A stretch of DNA of 64,000 nt from Leucoraja ocellata. Taxonomy: Eukaryota. The first letter of the stretch is position 1. Each line of letters begins with the position of its first letter. A model generated the notes under the pieces. That model had not been told where the DNA came from. It did not search any database and saw only the letters and a program-made list of their open reading frames with translations. Shown piece after piece: positions 22,208 through 36,052 of the stretch. Location of the stretch: contig JAWMAR010000093.1 in NCBI GenBank assembly GCA_036785375.1, positions 744,001 through 808,000 on the forward strand. Reading direction: 5' to 3'. The position numbers and the translations under genes were made by a program.

Positions 22208-23544
22208 TTCAATAGATTTCTGCTGTAAACGAGGAAAGGAAAGATTCATTCCAATCAACGGGATTTCAATGTCATTTTAGACCAATTGGTTTACCAATTT
22301 TTACATGTTCCTTGTTTACAAAGAAATAAAGAAGGCGAAGTATCGGTTACAATTAAATGCTCAACTCCTTGTGGCGACGTTTGGCTGTGCCTGGGCGTTC
22401 ATTTGCAATGTGTGCTAGAATGGAACAAAGTGGGTTTGTTATCGGAAGCAGATGAAGGAGTGACCTCGTGGATACACTGTAACTCTACTCAATTCCTTTG
22501 GTTCACTAAATTACGCAAGCTATATAAAACAACCCTTGCTTGTCCATCGCAGGTGTAAACCAAAGTAATGCGTGAAATGATCTATTAAGAACTCGCAGTT
22601 GAGATTAATCCATCTCTATTCTTACATCGAGATGGTGAATTCAAAAATCCTCATGACCTTTTACGTTTTCAATGGAAGATACCTAGATAGAGAAGATCTC
22701 ATGTCGGAAACCTGTGGGTACTGTAGCAGTTCTGAGCTGACAGCGTGGGTTCTCCGCGCCTTGTCTGATCAGAGATCACAGAGCTCGAACGTGTTTCCAC
22801 CTTAGTTTGCAAAAGAAAATTGCCGAAGACGCCCAACATAAATTCTGCAGCATCATATGCTTGAATAACACATTGAATCGTTTGCTTTTGTTGAGTTACA
22901 GATTAATGTGGAACATAATCTCACTGCTCTATCACTGTATATGACGAGTCACCCCATTGAACTTTCTCAGACCCCTGCACATGTCCATTGGTGGCCAAAG
23001 TTTAACAGAAACAAGGACTTCTATATTGCATCCCAAATTTTTAATATACATGTACTGTAATATAAATTCCGTTATCAGACTCCTGAACAGTCATCCCATA
23101 AGCGATGGTGTAGTCCAAATCTCTCAACCTATCTTGTTGCAGACATTGGATTTTTGTCCCTGCAATTGTAATGCTACAAAGCTGTAAACTATATTCTGCA
23201 TTCTGATATTTTTCTCCTTGCTCTGCCAGTTGTACGTGTGTATGGCGTGATTGGTTCCGTCATAGTATTATCTGAATTAATTGGATAGCATGTAAACAGA
23301 ATTGTTTCTCAGTATATACGACGATAATTAAGAATACCAAAACCATCTTGAGAATGTGTGTTGATAGATCCTTAGGAATGGCCTGACAGGTTAATGAAAT
23401 TGCTAAACAAAATAAGCATATGGCTTAATTGACATTATAACTAAATTAAAAATATTAAGAAGATTCGCAGTTTTTTGAAATGCACTCATAGTGTCATACA
23501 ATACAAAACAGGTTATTTGGCCTGGCATGTCCATGCCAGCCGTC

Positions 23545-24620
23545 AATAGACAAATAGACAATAGGTGCAGGAGTAGGCAATTCTGCCCTTTGAGCCAGCA
23601 CCACCATTCAATGTGATCATGGCTGATCATCCCCAAGCAGTACCCCATCAAGTGTCTATCATGCTTCTCACTGTTTCCAACACTTGGCCCACAGCCTTCA
23701 CTACCAGGTGTTCCAAGTGCTCATCCAAATACTTTTAAAATCCTGCAGCAGTTAATGCACACACCTGATTTTATACAGCATGTTCTATATTTCAACCAGA
23801 AGTCATGGTGGAAGAAGATATGCTAGTGCTTATGCAGCTTTTAGTTAAGCATGTGAATATATAGGGGAAGTGAGGGATATGGAGCTTGTTCAGGATGACG
23901 GGATTAGTTAAGTAAGCATCATGTTCATCATAGGCTTAAAGGTCTGTTCTGAACCAATGACCCTCAGGATGTAAAAGATTCTTCTTGAGTCATCTCTAAA
24001 TCTCCTTTCCCTTACATGAAACCTATGCCTTCTCGTTACACACAACTCTGCCAACAGTTTCACACCATCTAAGCTATCTAAACCCCTCATAGTTTTAGAT
24101 AGTTCAATCAGATCTCTCCTCAACCTTCTACACTCCAAGGAAAACACGCCCACCCTATCCAATCTTTCATCGTAGCTGAAACCTTCTATCTCAGACTACA
24201 TTCTGGTAAAGGCCAACCGCACCCTCTGCAGTTCAACCACGTCCTTCCTATGTTGCGGCAAATTGAACTATTTGCAATATGATACTCCAAATGTGGTCAA
24301 AACTATGTTTTAAACGGTTCGTACCAAATTCTCTCTGTTCTTGCATTCAATGCCACAGGTTAAAGACAGGTTCCCAAATCCCAACTTAGCTGGTTTGCTT
24401 ACCCTCTGGGAGGAACCTCTTGTGGTGCACCTCATGGACTTTCAATCACAACAACTCCTGACCATCATCCTCTGGCTCCTTTCACCCAACCAATTTTGGA
24501 TTAAATTTGCAAATTCCCTTGGGTCTGAGGGATTTTACCTTCAGTAGCTGTTACCCATGTAGGATCTTGCCAAAGGACTCACTAAAGTCCAAATAGACTA
24601 CAACTGTATTACCCTCCCGG
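23545..24620 (-). mobile_element. Degenerate CR1 fragments
   Basis: FSLECRRLRRDLIELSK...TRRHRF; CR1 tail at 23545-23650. Confidence 0.7.
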
Positions 24621-26699
24621 ATGACACTTAGAAACTTCTTCAAACTCAAAGATCTTCTCTGCCTGTTATCCCAACCATATCTAACAACATTTATTTCACT
24701 AGAAATAACTGAATTATATTTTGGTCATTCATATTTGCATAGGCCAAGTAAGTTGTTATTTGAGGCAACTTAAATGGAGCATTGCATCGAGGAATAACTT
24801 TTGATTAGGGGAGGCTGAATCCTTCGCATTAAAAATATTAAGAAGATTCACAGTTTTAGGCGGCACGACACAAATAGGCGGCACGAATTGAGTCATGGTG
24901 ATGGCACATTCAAAATAATGATGCCTATGACTTTACAGGACTCCCGCCGCGGAGGACCTCTAGTTTCTGGTGTTTTGCTAAAGGCTCCCGATTCAGAAGT
25001 TGATGGCGAGTACTGGTACCTCAAACGACCTATCCAGAACGAGCCAACACGCTGAGTTATCCTTTGGTGTTAACTAGGAAAACACATGGATTCTACTCAA
25101 TCAGATGTGAAGACCATTGGAGTGCCATGCCGACCTGGCCGATGACTTGTGTATGAAGGAACTACAGATGTTGGTTTAAAGCGAAGATAGACTATCAGCC
25201 TGAAGACGGGTCTCGTCCCGAAATGCCACCCTTTCCTTTTCTCCAGGGTTGCTGCCTGCCCCCCTTAACATCATTCTTTGGTTGACCACAAAATTCCAAT
25301 TTTTCCAAGTCCTAGCCCCATCGTTGTGCTTTGGGCCGTTCCTGATATTTCGTTTAGAATTTGAAAGGAACATAAATTAATTCTGGACTTGTTCCTGAAG
25401 GATTGTCTTCCTTCGTTTGCTTAAAAATGTACATTATTTCGCATTATCGCAAGACCAATTTCCCGTTTTGAATAAAAGCTTTGTTTCAACCCAGTCTTCG
25501 GTAAAACGCATTTTACGTGCGCAATGTACGTGCGTTAGTTCCGAATCGGGTTTCTCTTTTAAAAATGTAGTTACTATCAGATCTGGGAATAAATATGTTT
25601 TTATTTATTGTGCGAATAATTTTCAAATGGACTAAAGTAACAAACTAGACAACATTGGAGCAAGCAAATTAAAAACTCTGGCATTTGAAACCCGCCTTTC
25701 AATATCCCATCAAAGTAGATAGAATGGCAAACATTAACCAGACCTCCTGCAAAACGGAGTTTAGATTAAACGAGGTTCAACCGTGGAAGAATGTTCTGAA
25801 GAAGGGTCTCGATCCGAAACGTCACCTATTTCTTTTCTCCAGAGGTGCTGTCTGACCCGCTGAGTCACTCCGGCTTTTTTGTGTTTATCTTCTGATGTAA
25901 ATTGGGTCATCGCACATCCCAACATCTTGTTTGACAGAATTGTTTGCATTTAATAATCGTGTTTGCTGTAAGTTGTCGAGAATTTCCATCCAGTTAGAGA
26001 CAACTTTTGGATCATTTTACCTGTCCTTCACGAGGCTGAGCGAGGCTTTGTCAGAACGAACAATCTCACCTTTAACTGAAGGTTGAACTTTCGTCACTTT
26101 CTTTGTCAAAAAAAGACCTTTTTCATTCAAATGATTATTTTGTCATACGTTTCCTTTCCGTCACTGATTGTTCAACAATACTATTCGTGATTAACCCGAT
26201 TCTAAACACCTCTCTGCCAATGTTATTGCCTGACATTCAGGGCCTCTCGAGATATACTGTATTGGGCAAGTGTTGCCATTGTTGCCATTTGCACATTGGA
26301 TGAGAACGAGTATGAAGGATGCAACTGATGAATGACACGAAGTGCTGGAGTAACTCAACGGGTCAGGCAGCATCTCTGGAGAAAAAATGGATTGCTGATG
26401 TTTTGGGTTGTGTCTATTTTTGGTATAAACCAGTAACTGCACATCGTCGTTTGACATGAAGGATACAACGAAGAGTCTCGACCCGTAACGTCACCATTCC
26501 TTCTCTCCAGAGATGCTGCCTGTCCCGCTGAGTTACTCCAGCTTTTGTGCCTATGAAGGACACAACTGACAGTTTTAAACCAAATCCAAACGTTTAAAAC
26601 CTGATCAAAATTTTGTTTTGTTGTGTTAAAATATATTGGAACGCACAAATGGAAGCGTCCCAATATATTTACAATTTAGGATATTTACAATTTACGAAA

Positions 26700-26975
26700 A
26701 TATAACTGCATCACCTTGCATTCCCTCTCTCTCCATTCCTCCCCTGGTCTGGGAGGAATGGCGACCAGTCTGGTTGTTCCTAGATTACCTTCTATCATTG
26801 TATGACTAGTTGTCAGCTTCTCCTGGCTAACAATTGATCTATTCTACATTTTACTTGAACCTCGTCCTCTTTGATGTCTCGTTTTCACACCTTACTATAT
26901 ATCTGCGTCTCCCTCTTCCCTGACTGAAGACGGGTCTAGACCCGAAACGTCACCCATGAGTACTTCAGCACGTTT
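26700..26975 (+). mobile_element. Penelope pLTR fragment with intact hammerhead-like core (26924-26951)
   Basis: Pyrimidine-rich pLTR followed by CTGAAGACGGGTCTAGACCCGAAACGTC. Confidence 0.7.
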
Positions 26976-27736
26976 CTCTGTTGTATCACCGCTGCTCGTA
27001 ATACAAATTTTAATCACTAATAGTTTCGTGGCTGATTAACTTTGTCTGGGGAAGTGGAAAATGTGACATATTTTTGTGTTCGAAGTATATTTTTTGTTTG
27101 CAATTGGTTAACCTAAATTAGTCACTGTGACACGAATGATAGTCAAAAGATGGAACGCACTTGTGGAACATCGCATCCCCATCTAAAGTATGTCTAACCC
27201 CTCTTGTTGTTGTACACAAAAAGCTGGAGTAACTCTGCGGGTCAAGCAGCGTCTCTGGAGAAAATGAATAGGTGACGTTTCATGTCGAGACCCTTCTTCA
27301 GTCTCGGCCCGAAACGTCATCTATTCCTTTTCTCCAAAAATGCTGAGGTATTCCAGCATTGTGTGGCCATCTTCTGTTTAAACCAGCACATGCAGATGTT
27401 ACTATTTTACTCTTACTCTTACGTAAGAAAGGTTATGAATATAAATCAGACCTTATTTTCTGAATATAGCTCTGGTTTTATTTTTCATTGCACTTACTTT
27501 ACAGTCTTGGAGCGGGACGTACAGCTGGCAACACTCGAGTGCCATTGTCCCTGTAAATTGCACAAAGTTCTCGCCTTCCTCTAACACCAACAGCCTGTGT
27601 GTAGGGTGCAACCTGCCCTCTGCCTCGGTTGCAATTTAATAGGTGATTGAGCGGCTATCAGTTTTCAATATTTAAAAGAGCTCAGAGGTCAAACGCCCTT
27701 TTGGTGTCTCAACGAATTAGTTTATAACCATTTACC

Positions 27737-28100
27737 ACGAGAACATAGACCAGTTCAGTCCAGGAACAGGCCCTTCGGCCCCAATGTCCTTGCCGAACAT
27801 GATACCAAATGAAGCTAATGCCCTCTAGTCTTTGACATTTCCATCCTGGAAAAAAAAGGTTGTGACTGTCTACCTTATCTGTGACTCTCATAATTTTATA
27901 AACTTGTAACAGTCTCCCTTCAACATTCCAAATCGGTTCAACCACTGGTTATAGCTAATACCCTTTAATCCAGGTAACATTCTTCTGCACCCTCTCTAAA
28001 GCCTCCACATCCTTTATGAAGTGGGCGAAGCGAACTGCAGACAATATCCCAAATGCAGCCTAACCAAAGTTCATAAAGCTGCATCATGACTTCCCGACTC
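27737..28100 (-). mobile_element. Degenerate CR1 3' fragment
   Basis: LLQVYKIMRVTDKVDSHNLFFP; caggcccttcggccc tail. Confidence 0.7.
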
Positions 28101-28519
28101 GTATAGAGATTGGCGAAGTACGTGAGTGGAAGCAATGTCTAGTCAACATGACTAGTCCCGCTATCTCAAATGTCCTCATTGGTCAACACCTGACGCAGGA
28201 GTTATTTGGCCACTTCAGCCTTTTTAATTTAAAATTAAAATCGTGTCTGCAGCGAAGGTGCGAATATTTTGACATTCTACCCCTTAAGATGATCCAGGCC
28301 TGTTGGGAGATTTCTATCAACATCTCTGATCAGATGCATTACTTTGACCTAGTGGCTCAATTGGGTTTTTTTTTTGTTATGGAGCGATAAAGATGTTGAC
28401 CCAGCAACAAGGAAGAAGTTGCGATGTATCCATAACGGGTTGGCGTTTATATGGGTGGGGGGTGAGGTCAAACAACCCAGCCAGGGACACTTGCAAGTGT
28501 GCAGCGCCCTTGCAATCCA

Positions 28520-28780
28520 TTGGATACCGTAGCTGCTCGACAGTGAATGAAATTATTTTGAACTGCAGAAGGTATTGTAAGAAACGCAGCGTCTGATGTG
28601 TGCACGACAAGCTAAATACAATGATTTGAATAACTCAAGTCTTTCTGAGCCAATTGACGAGGCCTTGTTTTGAAAGTTGTTTCCAAATGGCGATACCTCA
28701 AATAATGCAGAGCTTCCACAATTCTACCTCTGGAGTGCCAGTCTGTGGCTTGGACTTTTGAAAATGAATGACTTAGAGCA
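28520..28780 (-). mobile_element. Old Deu-core SINE-like relic
   Basis: acctcaaataatgcagagcttcc...ctggagtgccagtctg resembles the SacSINE1/DeuSINE body as I recall it; heavily diverged. Confidence 0.35.
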
Positions 28781-29078
28781 CGCACCACATTAATTTTACA
28801 TTATAATGCGCTCGCCAGCTAATCTCCACATGGTGTTATAGTTAATGTCAAATAACGACCAAATGACCTACATTGTCGAGGAAAACAAAGTTATAACTCA
28901 CAATGTGTGATTGGAATAGTCTTGTGCACAATACATCAATTTCGGCTTAGGTGGCTGCATCCCCAGAAACAGCACGGTCTTCTGTCTCAGAGACGCGACC
29001 GCTTAAAATGATCCATTTGTGGTAAATCGACACAACCAGTCTCAGCACATGAAGTCACAAATTAAAACAGAAACCTAC

Positions 29079-29245
29079 CTGGTTGTGTCCGATATGTCTC
29101 GGTTTGGCGCTGGCGTATTTAGGACCCGTCTAGATGTAGGACGCCTTTGTAAGGACGCAAAGCAATCTCATTAGAACAAACTCCTCAAGTGAACCAGCTT
29201 CACCAAAGACGCTACAGTGACAGGAAGACTCTAAAGCCTATATAT
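29079..29245 (-). promoter_or_regulatory. Candidate OTOGL promoter and non-coding first exon
   Basis: On the minus strand, a TATA-like TATATAGG at ~29237-29244 is followed ~160 nt later by the donor CCAG|GTAGGT at 29078; locally CpG-rich. The first coding exon has an acceptor, so an upstream exon is required. Confidence 0.45.
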
Positions 29246-31019
29246 TAAACCTTAACATGTTACTGTTTTCTTCCGCTTTAAACTGAAGTCGTGCCGTGCG
29301 GTGTCTGTAACGACAGGAGGGACAATACTGCGCTTGTTTCACGTTTTACACTTCAGATCTTCTACTGTAACAATCATTTATGACATTGCCAGTGCCTCGT
29401 ATGGATATTAAAAATGGTAAAATTAAAAGTCCATATCTATAAAGGTTGCATCGAAAGTTTAAATAATCTAATGGAGGTCCGTCCTTGGTGTTTGTTTGTT
29501 TCTACGTTTTATCCGTTTAGAGAGAGCGCTCAATAGCGCGGCCAACCACTGTTTTCGATGTTTTTCTCTCAAATCACCGCAGGTTATATAAACAAAGACT
29601 GAACGAGAGAACCCAGAAATACAACTGCGGGAAATTAGAGATAACATCGGTTAATGTATGCAAAACGTCAGCGGATTGGGATCCACATTCCTGTTGTCAG
29701 ATTGGTTGTGGATTTCGCACGTTGGTTATATTTTAAATTGCTAATCGACAGACGCGTCTTGTGTTGTACAGAACCTCTCCCCCTCCTTGTTTCCGTACAA
29801 ACATTGATGAACAATCCTTCACAAAGTCAGGACTAGTTTATATTCCCGGGATTACGAACTGCTCGGGAGGTGTAGGTCGCAGCTACAAAACGAGAAACCT
29901 CAAATATGATCCAAATTAATAATTCAACATATTTTTAAAAAATAGCTAAAACTTGCTACGGCCCTGTATCTACTGACATAAATTTCACGGCTCACCTACT
30001 ACACTTGCTAATTCCTATAATGATTATATATTAGAATATAATAACAGCCACATTAACAACCTCCCGATACATACCATATAATCGATATATAATCTCGGAT
30101 AACCTGTGTCGGAAATAGTTTTGTGAAGCGGCCAACTATTCCTTCGCTCCATAGATGCTGCTTCACCTGCTGAGTTTCTCCAGCATTTTTGTCTACAAAC
30201 TATTTCTATTAAGCGCGTTCGATATGCAAAAGTATCTTCATAAACAATCTATCAATTAAATGGTTTGGGGTGTTTTGTTATACACCGCAATCTTAAAAAT
30301 TCTACAACTCACCGCGACCTAGAAATTAGATTTTAATCTCTGTATAAATGCTAAATACACGCTGCCAATAATATTAGCTCAAAGGCCTCAAAGAAATGTT
30401 TCAAAGTTGAAGGAGGACTGAAGTGAACCAACATAAATGACAGCGCGGCGCTTTATAGACAGAAGCGCCTGCTCAAATAAGATCTGTGTGGAGCTGCGGG
30501 AAGAGTTAGCAGATGTGGTTGCTCTGGTCATTGGAAGGAGCGTCGATCGTAAATATGATTTTTCCAAACAACCAAATGTGTGGGAATCTTGGTGACAATT
30601 GTCTTCCTCAGAGCAGTATCGGGCCAGAATAAACAAGTGCTCCAAATCAAAGACAATTTGGACTTTCTGTACTCACCTCTACACAATGCGCTCCGACCGC
30701 TCAATGAACGTTGAAAGTTACACCTAAATTCCAACACACGCTAAGAACGGATAAATGTGCGATGCGCACTTGAATTACACATCAATGTGTCGAGTCCAAT
30801 TTTCAAATGCGCATGATTTCATCGAGAAATTATTCTTGGTGTAATATGATTCGGGTCAGATCCAGTGCACATGATGTACCTAAATGTGTCTTTATGCACA
30901 TGTTCATGCAATTCTAGGCAATGCGTCTGTCTACACGGTACCTTGCAATCTGGCAGCTCCTTCCAAATGTGACTCTGCAAAAAAAGGTACACGTGTACAT
31001 CATGTCAGTAAAAATTAGA

Positions 31020-32815
31020 GTGTAGAAACAAGATACTGCAGACGCTGGCTTACAAAAATAACAACGTGCTGGAGTTCAGGGGTCAGGTAATATCTCTAGA
31101 GAACTTGGATATATGACATTTCGGACCTGGAGCCTTATTCAGTCTGATGGTGGGGTGGGGTGGGGGGGGGGGGGGGGGGATAGAGAAGGGGGCAGACCAA
31201 AGCCTGACAGGTAACAGGTTGATACAGGCGAGGGGTTTTGTTGATAGCCAGGTGGTTGGCGAATGGCCAGATGAAAAGGGAGAAGGTGCGAGACAAAAGG
31301 ATTGAAGAGCATTGAATTGTGAAACTAAAGGGAGGGATGTAGGTGGAGGGGAGAATAGATGCGAGTCCAGTTGGGACACAGGGGAGTGGGGTGATGGGGT
31401 TGTGGGGGAAGAAGGGCGAGGGAAGTTGTCGCTACCTAAAATTGGAGAATTCACTGTTCATACTGTTGGGTTGTAAGCTACCCAAGTGGAATACGAGGTG
31501 CTGTTCCTCCAGTTTGCGTATGGCCTTGCTCTGACACTGGAGGAAGCACAGGAGAGAAAGGTCAGTATGGGAATGGGAAGATGAGTTAAAATGGTTAGCA
31601 ATTGGGGATTCCAGTCGGCCATGGTGGAACGAGCACAAAAGCTTGGTGAAACCGTTACCAATTCTACACCTGGTCTTGCAGTCGTACAGGAGGCCAAATT
31701 GGGATCACCAGATGCAGTAGATTAGGTTAAAGAAGGTGCACGTGGACATGTCTCAGCTGGAAGGACTGCTGGGTCACTGAATAGAGGTGAGGAAGGAGGT
31801 ACAGGGGCAAGGGTCACATCTCCTGTGCTTGCAGGTAAAGTATCTGCTGAGTGGGAAAGGATGAGTGAACCAAGGAGCTGCAGAGGTAGCAGTCTCTGTG
31901 GAAGATTGAAAGGGATAGCAATGGGACGATGGGACTGGTGGTGGGATCACATTGGAGGTGACAGAAAGAGGGGAATTTTGGTTTCGTTTAGAGAAACAGG
32001 CAGTTCGGCCCACATGGTCCGCACCAACCAGTGATCCCCACACATTAACACTATCCTACACCCACTAGGGACAATTGTTTTACATTTACCAAGCCAATTA
32101 ACCTACAAACCTGTACGTCTTTGGAGTGTGGAAGGAAAGCGAAGATCTCGGGAAAAAAACCCACGCAGGTCACGGGTAGAATGTAAAACTCCGTACAGAC
32201 AGCACCCGCAGTCGGAATCGAATCCGGGTCTCCTGCGCTGCATTCGCTGAATGCAGAGGCTGGTAGGGTGAAAGGCGAGGTCCAGGGGAACTATTCTTGT
32301 TCCACCTGGGGAGAGTGAGAGCAGAACTAAGGGATACAGAGAAGATGCAGGTAAAGGATCCATTTATAACAGCAGGGGTGGAAGCCATGTTTACCAAAGA
32401 ACAAGGATATCTCGCGTGTCCTAGAATGTCTTGATAGGTGGGAGCTGGTAGGTTTGTAGTAGATATCAGTTGATAGTCTGTCCCCTGTGATGGAGGCAGA
32501 TAAATCAAAAAAGGGGAGAGTGTCAGAGATAGTCCAAGTGAATTTGAGGGGTGGGTGGAAGTTAGTAGTAAAGGTAATGAAAGGGGGCAGTCCCGATGCA
32601 GTTCTCGATGTAGCTGAGGAGGAGTTGCGGGATGGTGCCAGTTTACATTTCGAACAAGGCTTGTTCAATGTAACCAACAAAAAGGCAGGCATAGCTGGGG
32701 CCCATGGCTGCACCTTTAACTTGGAGAAAGTGAGTGGAGTGAAAGGAGAAGTTGTTGACGGTGAGGACAAGGCCATTAGGCGAGTGTTATCATAGTGACA
32801 TTGATTGGGTCTCTG
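31020..32815 (-). mobile_element. Penelope-like retroelement remnant (RT C-terminus, GIY-YIG, pLTR), interrupted by a V-SINE
   Basis: FTTNFHPPLKFTW...LPFFDL...TDIYYKPT (RT) and PIANHFNSSSHS...RKLEEQHLVFHLGSLQPNSMN (GIY-YIG C-terminus). Confidence 0.85.
31980..32245 (-). mobile_element. HE1-like V-SINE nested in Penelope
   Basis: acaaacctgtacgtctttggagtgtgg core shared with 15320-15629. Confidence 0.8.
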
Positions 32816-32825
32816 TACAATGATT

Positions 32826-34157
32826 GATTCAGATTCAGATTCAATCTTTATTGTCATTGTGCAGTGTACAGTACAGAGACAATGAAATGCAGTTAGCATC
32901 TCACCCAGAAGAGCGAACATAGAATAATGAACAATAAATAAATATATATATATATGTACATACAGTTGTAGTAGTGCAATTTTTCTGGGGGAAGGAGTGT
33001 CCGGGGGGGGGGGGGGGGGGGGGGGGTGACTGGCAATCACCGAGGTGCAGAGTTAAATAGTGTAACAGCTGCAGGGAAGCTGTTCCTGAACCTGCTGGTC
33101 CAGCAACGGAGAGACCCACAGCACCTCCCGAATGGGAGGAGGGTAAACAGTCTGTGGTTGGGGTGAGAGCAGTCCTTATCGATGCTGCGCACCCTCAGCA
33201 GACATCGCTTGCTTTGGACAGACGCAATGGAGGGGAGCGAGAAACCGGTGATGCGTTGGCCAATTTTCACCACCCTCTGCAGTGCTTTCCGGTTGGAGAC
33301 AGAGCAGTTGCCATACCATACTGTGATACAGTTGGTAAAGATGCTCTTGATGGTGCAGCGGTAGAAGTTCACCAGAATCTGAGGAGACAGATGGACCTTT
33401 TTTAGTCTCCTCAGGAAGAAGAGACGCTGGTGAGCCTTCTTGACCAGAGTTAAGGTATTGTGGGTCCAAGAGAGGTCATCGGAGATGTTGACCCCAGAAA
33501 CCTGAAGCTGAAAACACATTCCACCTCCATCCCGTTAATATGGATGGGGGTGTGCATGCCGCCCCTAGACCTTCTGAAATCCACAATGAGCTCCTTGATC
33601 TTCTTGGAGTTAAGGGCCAGGTTGTTGTCAGCGCTCTATGCTGCTAGGAGCTGGGCCTCCTCCCTATAGGCCGACTCATCGTTGTTGCTGATGAGGCCAA
33701 TCACCGTTGTATCATCTGCATACTTGATGATGGTGTTAGTACCATATACAGGTGTGCAGTTGTAGGTGAAGAGGGAGTAGAGGAGGGGGCTCAGCACACA
33801 GCCCTGTGGAATGCCGGTGTTCAGGGTAAGGGTTGAAGTGGTGTGCTTGGCTGACCTAACAGACTGGGGTCTGTTAGTTAGAAAGTCCAGTATCCAGTTG
33901 CAGAGGGAGGGGTCGATGCCCAGATCGCTGAGTTTGGTGATCAGTTTTGAGGGGATGATGGTGTTAAATGCTGAGCTATAATCGATGAACAGCATTCTCA
34001 CGCAGGTGGCTCTGTTGTCGAGGTGGGAGAGGGCGGAGTGAAGTGCCGTTGAGATGGCATCCTCTGTACTCCTGTTCTTGCGGTAGGCGAACTGATAGTG
34101 GTCCAGTGTGTGAGGTAGGCAGCCTTTCAGGTGTGCCAGGACCAGCCTCTCGAGACA
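32826..34157 (-). mobile_element. Rex1/Babar non-LTR retrotransposon, 5'-truncated
   Basis: [15 protein letters not shown]...[13 protein letters not shown]...[13 protein letters not shown]...KYADDT; KKAHQRLFFLRRLKK; (TGAATC)n tail. Confidence 0.92.
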
Positions 34158-34289
34158 TCCTGCTGGGGGATGGAGGTGTAAAAGGACTGGACGTCCAATA
34201 AGTGATGTTAGATCCAATTGGTTCCAGCCAGTTCCACAAGCCCTTAAACTTACTTGCACATTAAAAATTTGGTCCATCCAGCCTAGAAA

Positions 34290-34573
34290 GATCCTTCGGT
34301 CCACTGTCTATGCTGACCATTGATCACCTGTTCATACTAATTCTGTTATCCCACTTTCTCATCCACTCACCACACACTCAGGGCATTTTATAGAGGCCAA
34401 TTATCCTACAAACTCACGTTATTGGGATGTGAGCGGAAACCAGAGCGCCGGGAGGAAACGTGTGCGGTCACAAGGAGTGTGCGCAAATCCACATAGACAA
34501 TTCACACGGTCAGGATCAAACCCAAGTCTGGCGCTGTGAGACAATAGCTCTACCAATTGCGCACGGTGCCACC
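34290..34573 (-). mobile_element. Diverged V-SINE
   Basis: tRNA-like head near 34510-34573 and V-core similarity. Confidence 0.65.
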
Positions 34574-34964
34574 ACATTTGTATCGTACTTCCCCAGCTTC
34601 TTAAATGCATGTGTAGTAATTGCCTGAACTTCTCCATGCAGTAACATATTTCAACCACAACCTATAAAGTGGATTTAATGTTTTAATAAAAGTTTAAAAC
34701 TTCATTACCGTTGGATTTGAGCTTCTCAATTTATGGTAATTGAGATAAACGGGTGTAAGAACGCAAGATGTATTTGGAGAAGTAAGGCTGTAATAAATTC
34801 AACATGAGCAGCTGGGGCAACACAATGGTAAGATGGTTACTACAATGGCCACAATTTCCGAGTCCCAGGTTTGTTCCTGACCTTAAGTGCTATCCATGCA
34901 GTTTGTACATTCTCTCTGCAGCCACTTTGGGCCTCTAGTTTATTCCCACATAAGGCCATAAGGT

Positions 34965-36052
34965 AAAGCAAATTCAGAGTAGTATTAGCCCATTCGGCCC
35001 ATCAAGTCTACTCCGCTATTCAATCATGGCTGGTCTATCTCTCCCTCCTAACCTCATTCTCCCGCTTTCTCCCCTTAACCCGACACCCGTATTAATCAAG
35101 AATATATCTATCTCTGCCTTCAAAATATCCATTGACAATCTCCACAGCCTGCTGTGGCAAAAAATTCCACCGATTCACCACCCTCTGACTAAAGCAATTC
35201 CTCCTAATTTCTTTCTTAAAGGAACGACTATGACCTCTAGTCAAAGACTCTCCCACTAAAGGAAACGTCCTCTCCACATCCACTCTATCCAAGCCATTCA
35301 CTATTTGGTACGTTTCAATGAGGTACCCCCTCATTCTTCTAAATCGAGTACAGGCCCAGTGCCATCAAACACTCCTTATAAGTTAACCCATTCATTCCTG
35401 GGATTATTCTTGTACACCACCTCTGGACCCTCTCCAGGGCCAGCATATCCTTCCACAGATATGGTGCCCAAAAATGAGCACAATATTCCAAATGCAACCA
35501 GACCAGCGTCTTCTAGAACCTCGACATGACATTCCTGTTTTTGTATTCTAACTCTCTTGAAATAAATGCTAGAATTGCGTTTGCCTTCTTTACTACCAAT
35601 TCGACCTTGCAGATTAACTTTTTGGGAATCCTGCATCAGTACTCCAAAATCCCTTTGCACCTCAAATTTCTGGATTCTCTCACCATTTAGAAAATAGTCC
35701 AGGCCTTTATTCTGCCTCCCAAAATGAATGCTTCACACTTTGCTTCATTATATTCCATCTGCCACTTCTCTGCCCACTCCCCCACCTGCAGTCCTTACTT
35801 TCTCTGCACTACCTGCCCTTCCACCCATTTACGTATGGTCCACAAACTTCACCACAAAGCCTTAAATCCCCTCATCCCAATCATTAATATACAATGTGAA
35901 GAGTAGCAGCCCCAGCACCGACCCCTAGAGAACCAGAAAAAGCCCCCTTAATTGCTACTCTTTGCCTTCTGCCATCCAGCCAACCTGCTATCTGCCCTTT
36001 GATACCATGGGCTCTCATCTTCCTTAGCAGCCTCACACGTGGGACCTTATCC
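34965..36052 (-). mobile_element. Degenerate CR1 LINE
   Basis: RGYLIETYQIVNGLDRVDVER...FSQRVVNRWN. Confidence 0.8.

Noticed and set aside
25796-27400. Recurrent ~30-nt partly palindromic repeats superficially like CRISPR repeats
   Set aside because: Irregular spacing, both strands, eukaryotic context; they are Penelope pLTR hammerhead motifs.
29590-29660. Peptide RENPEIQLREIRDNI resembling an IS630/Tc1 HTH
   Set aside because: Too short, with no TIRs or catalytic motifs found.
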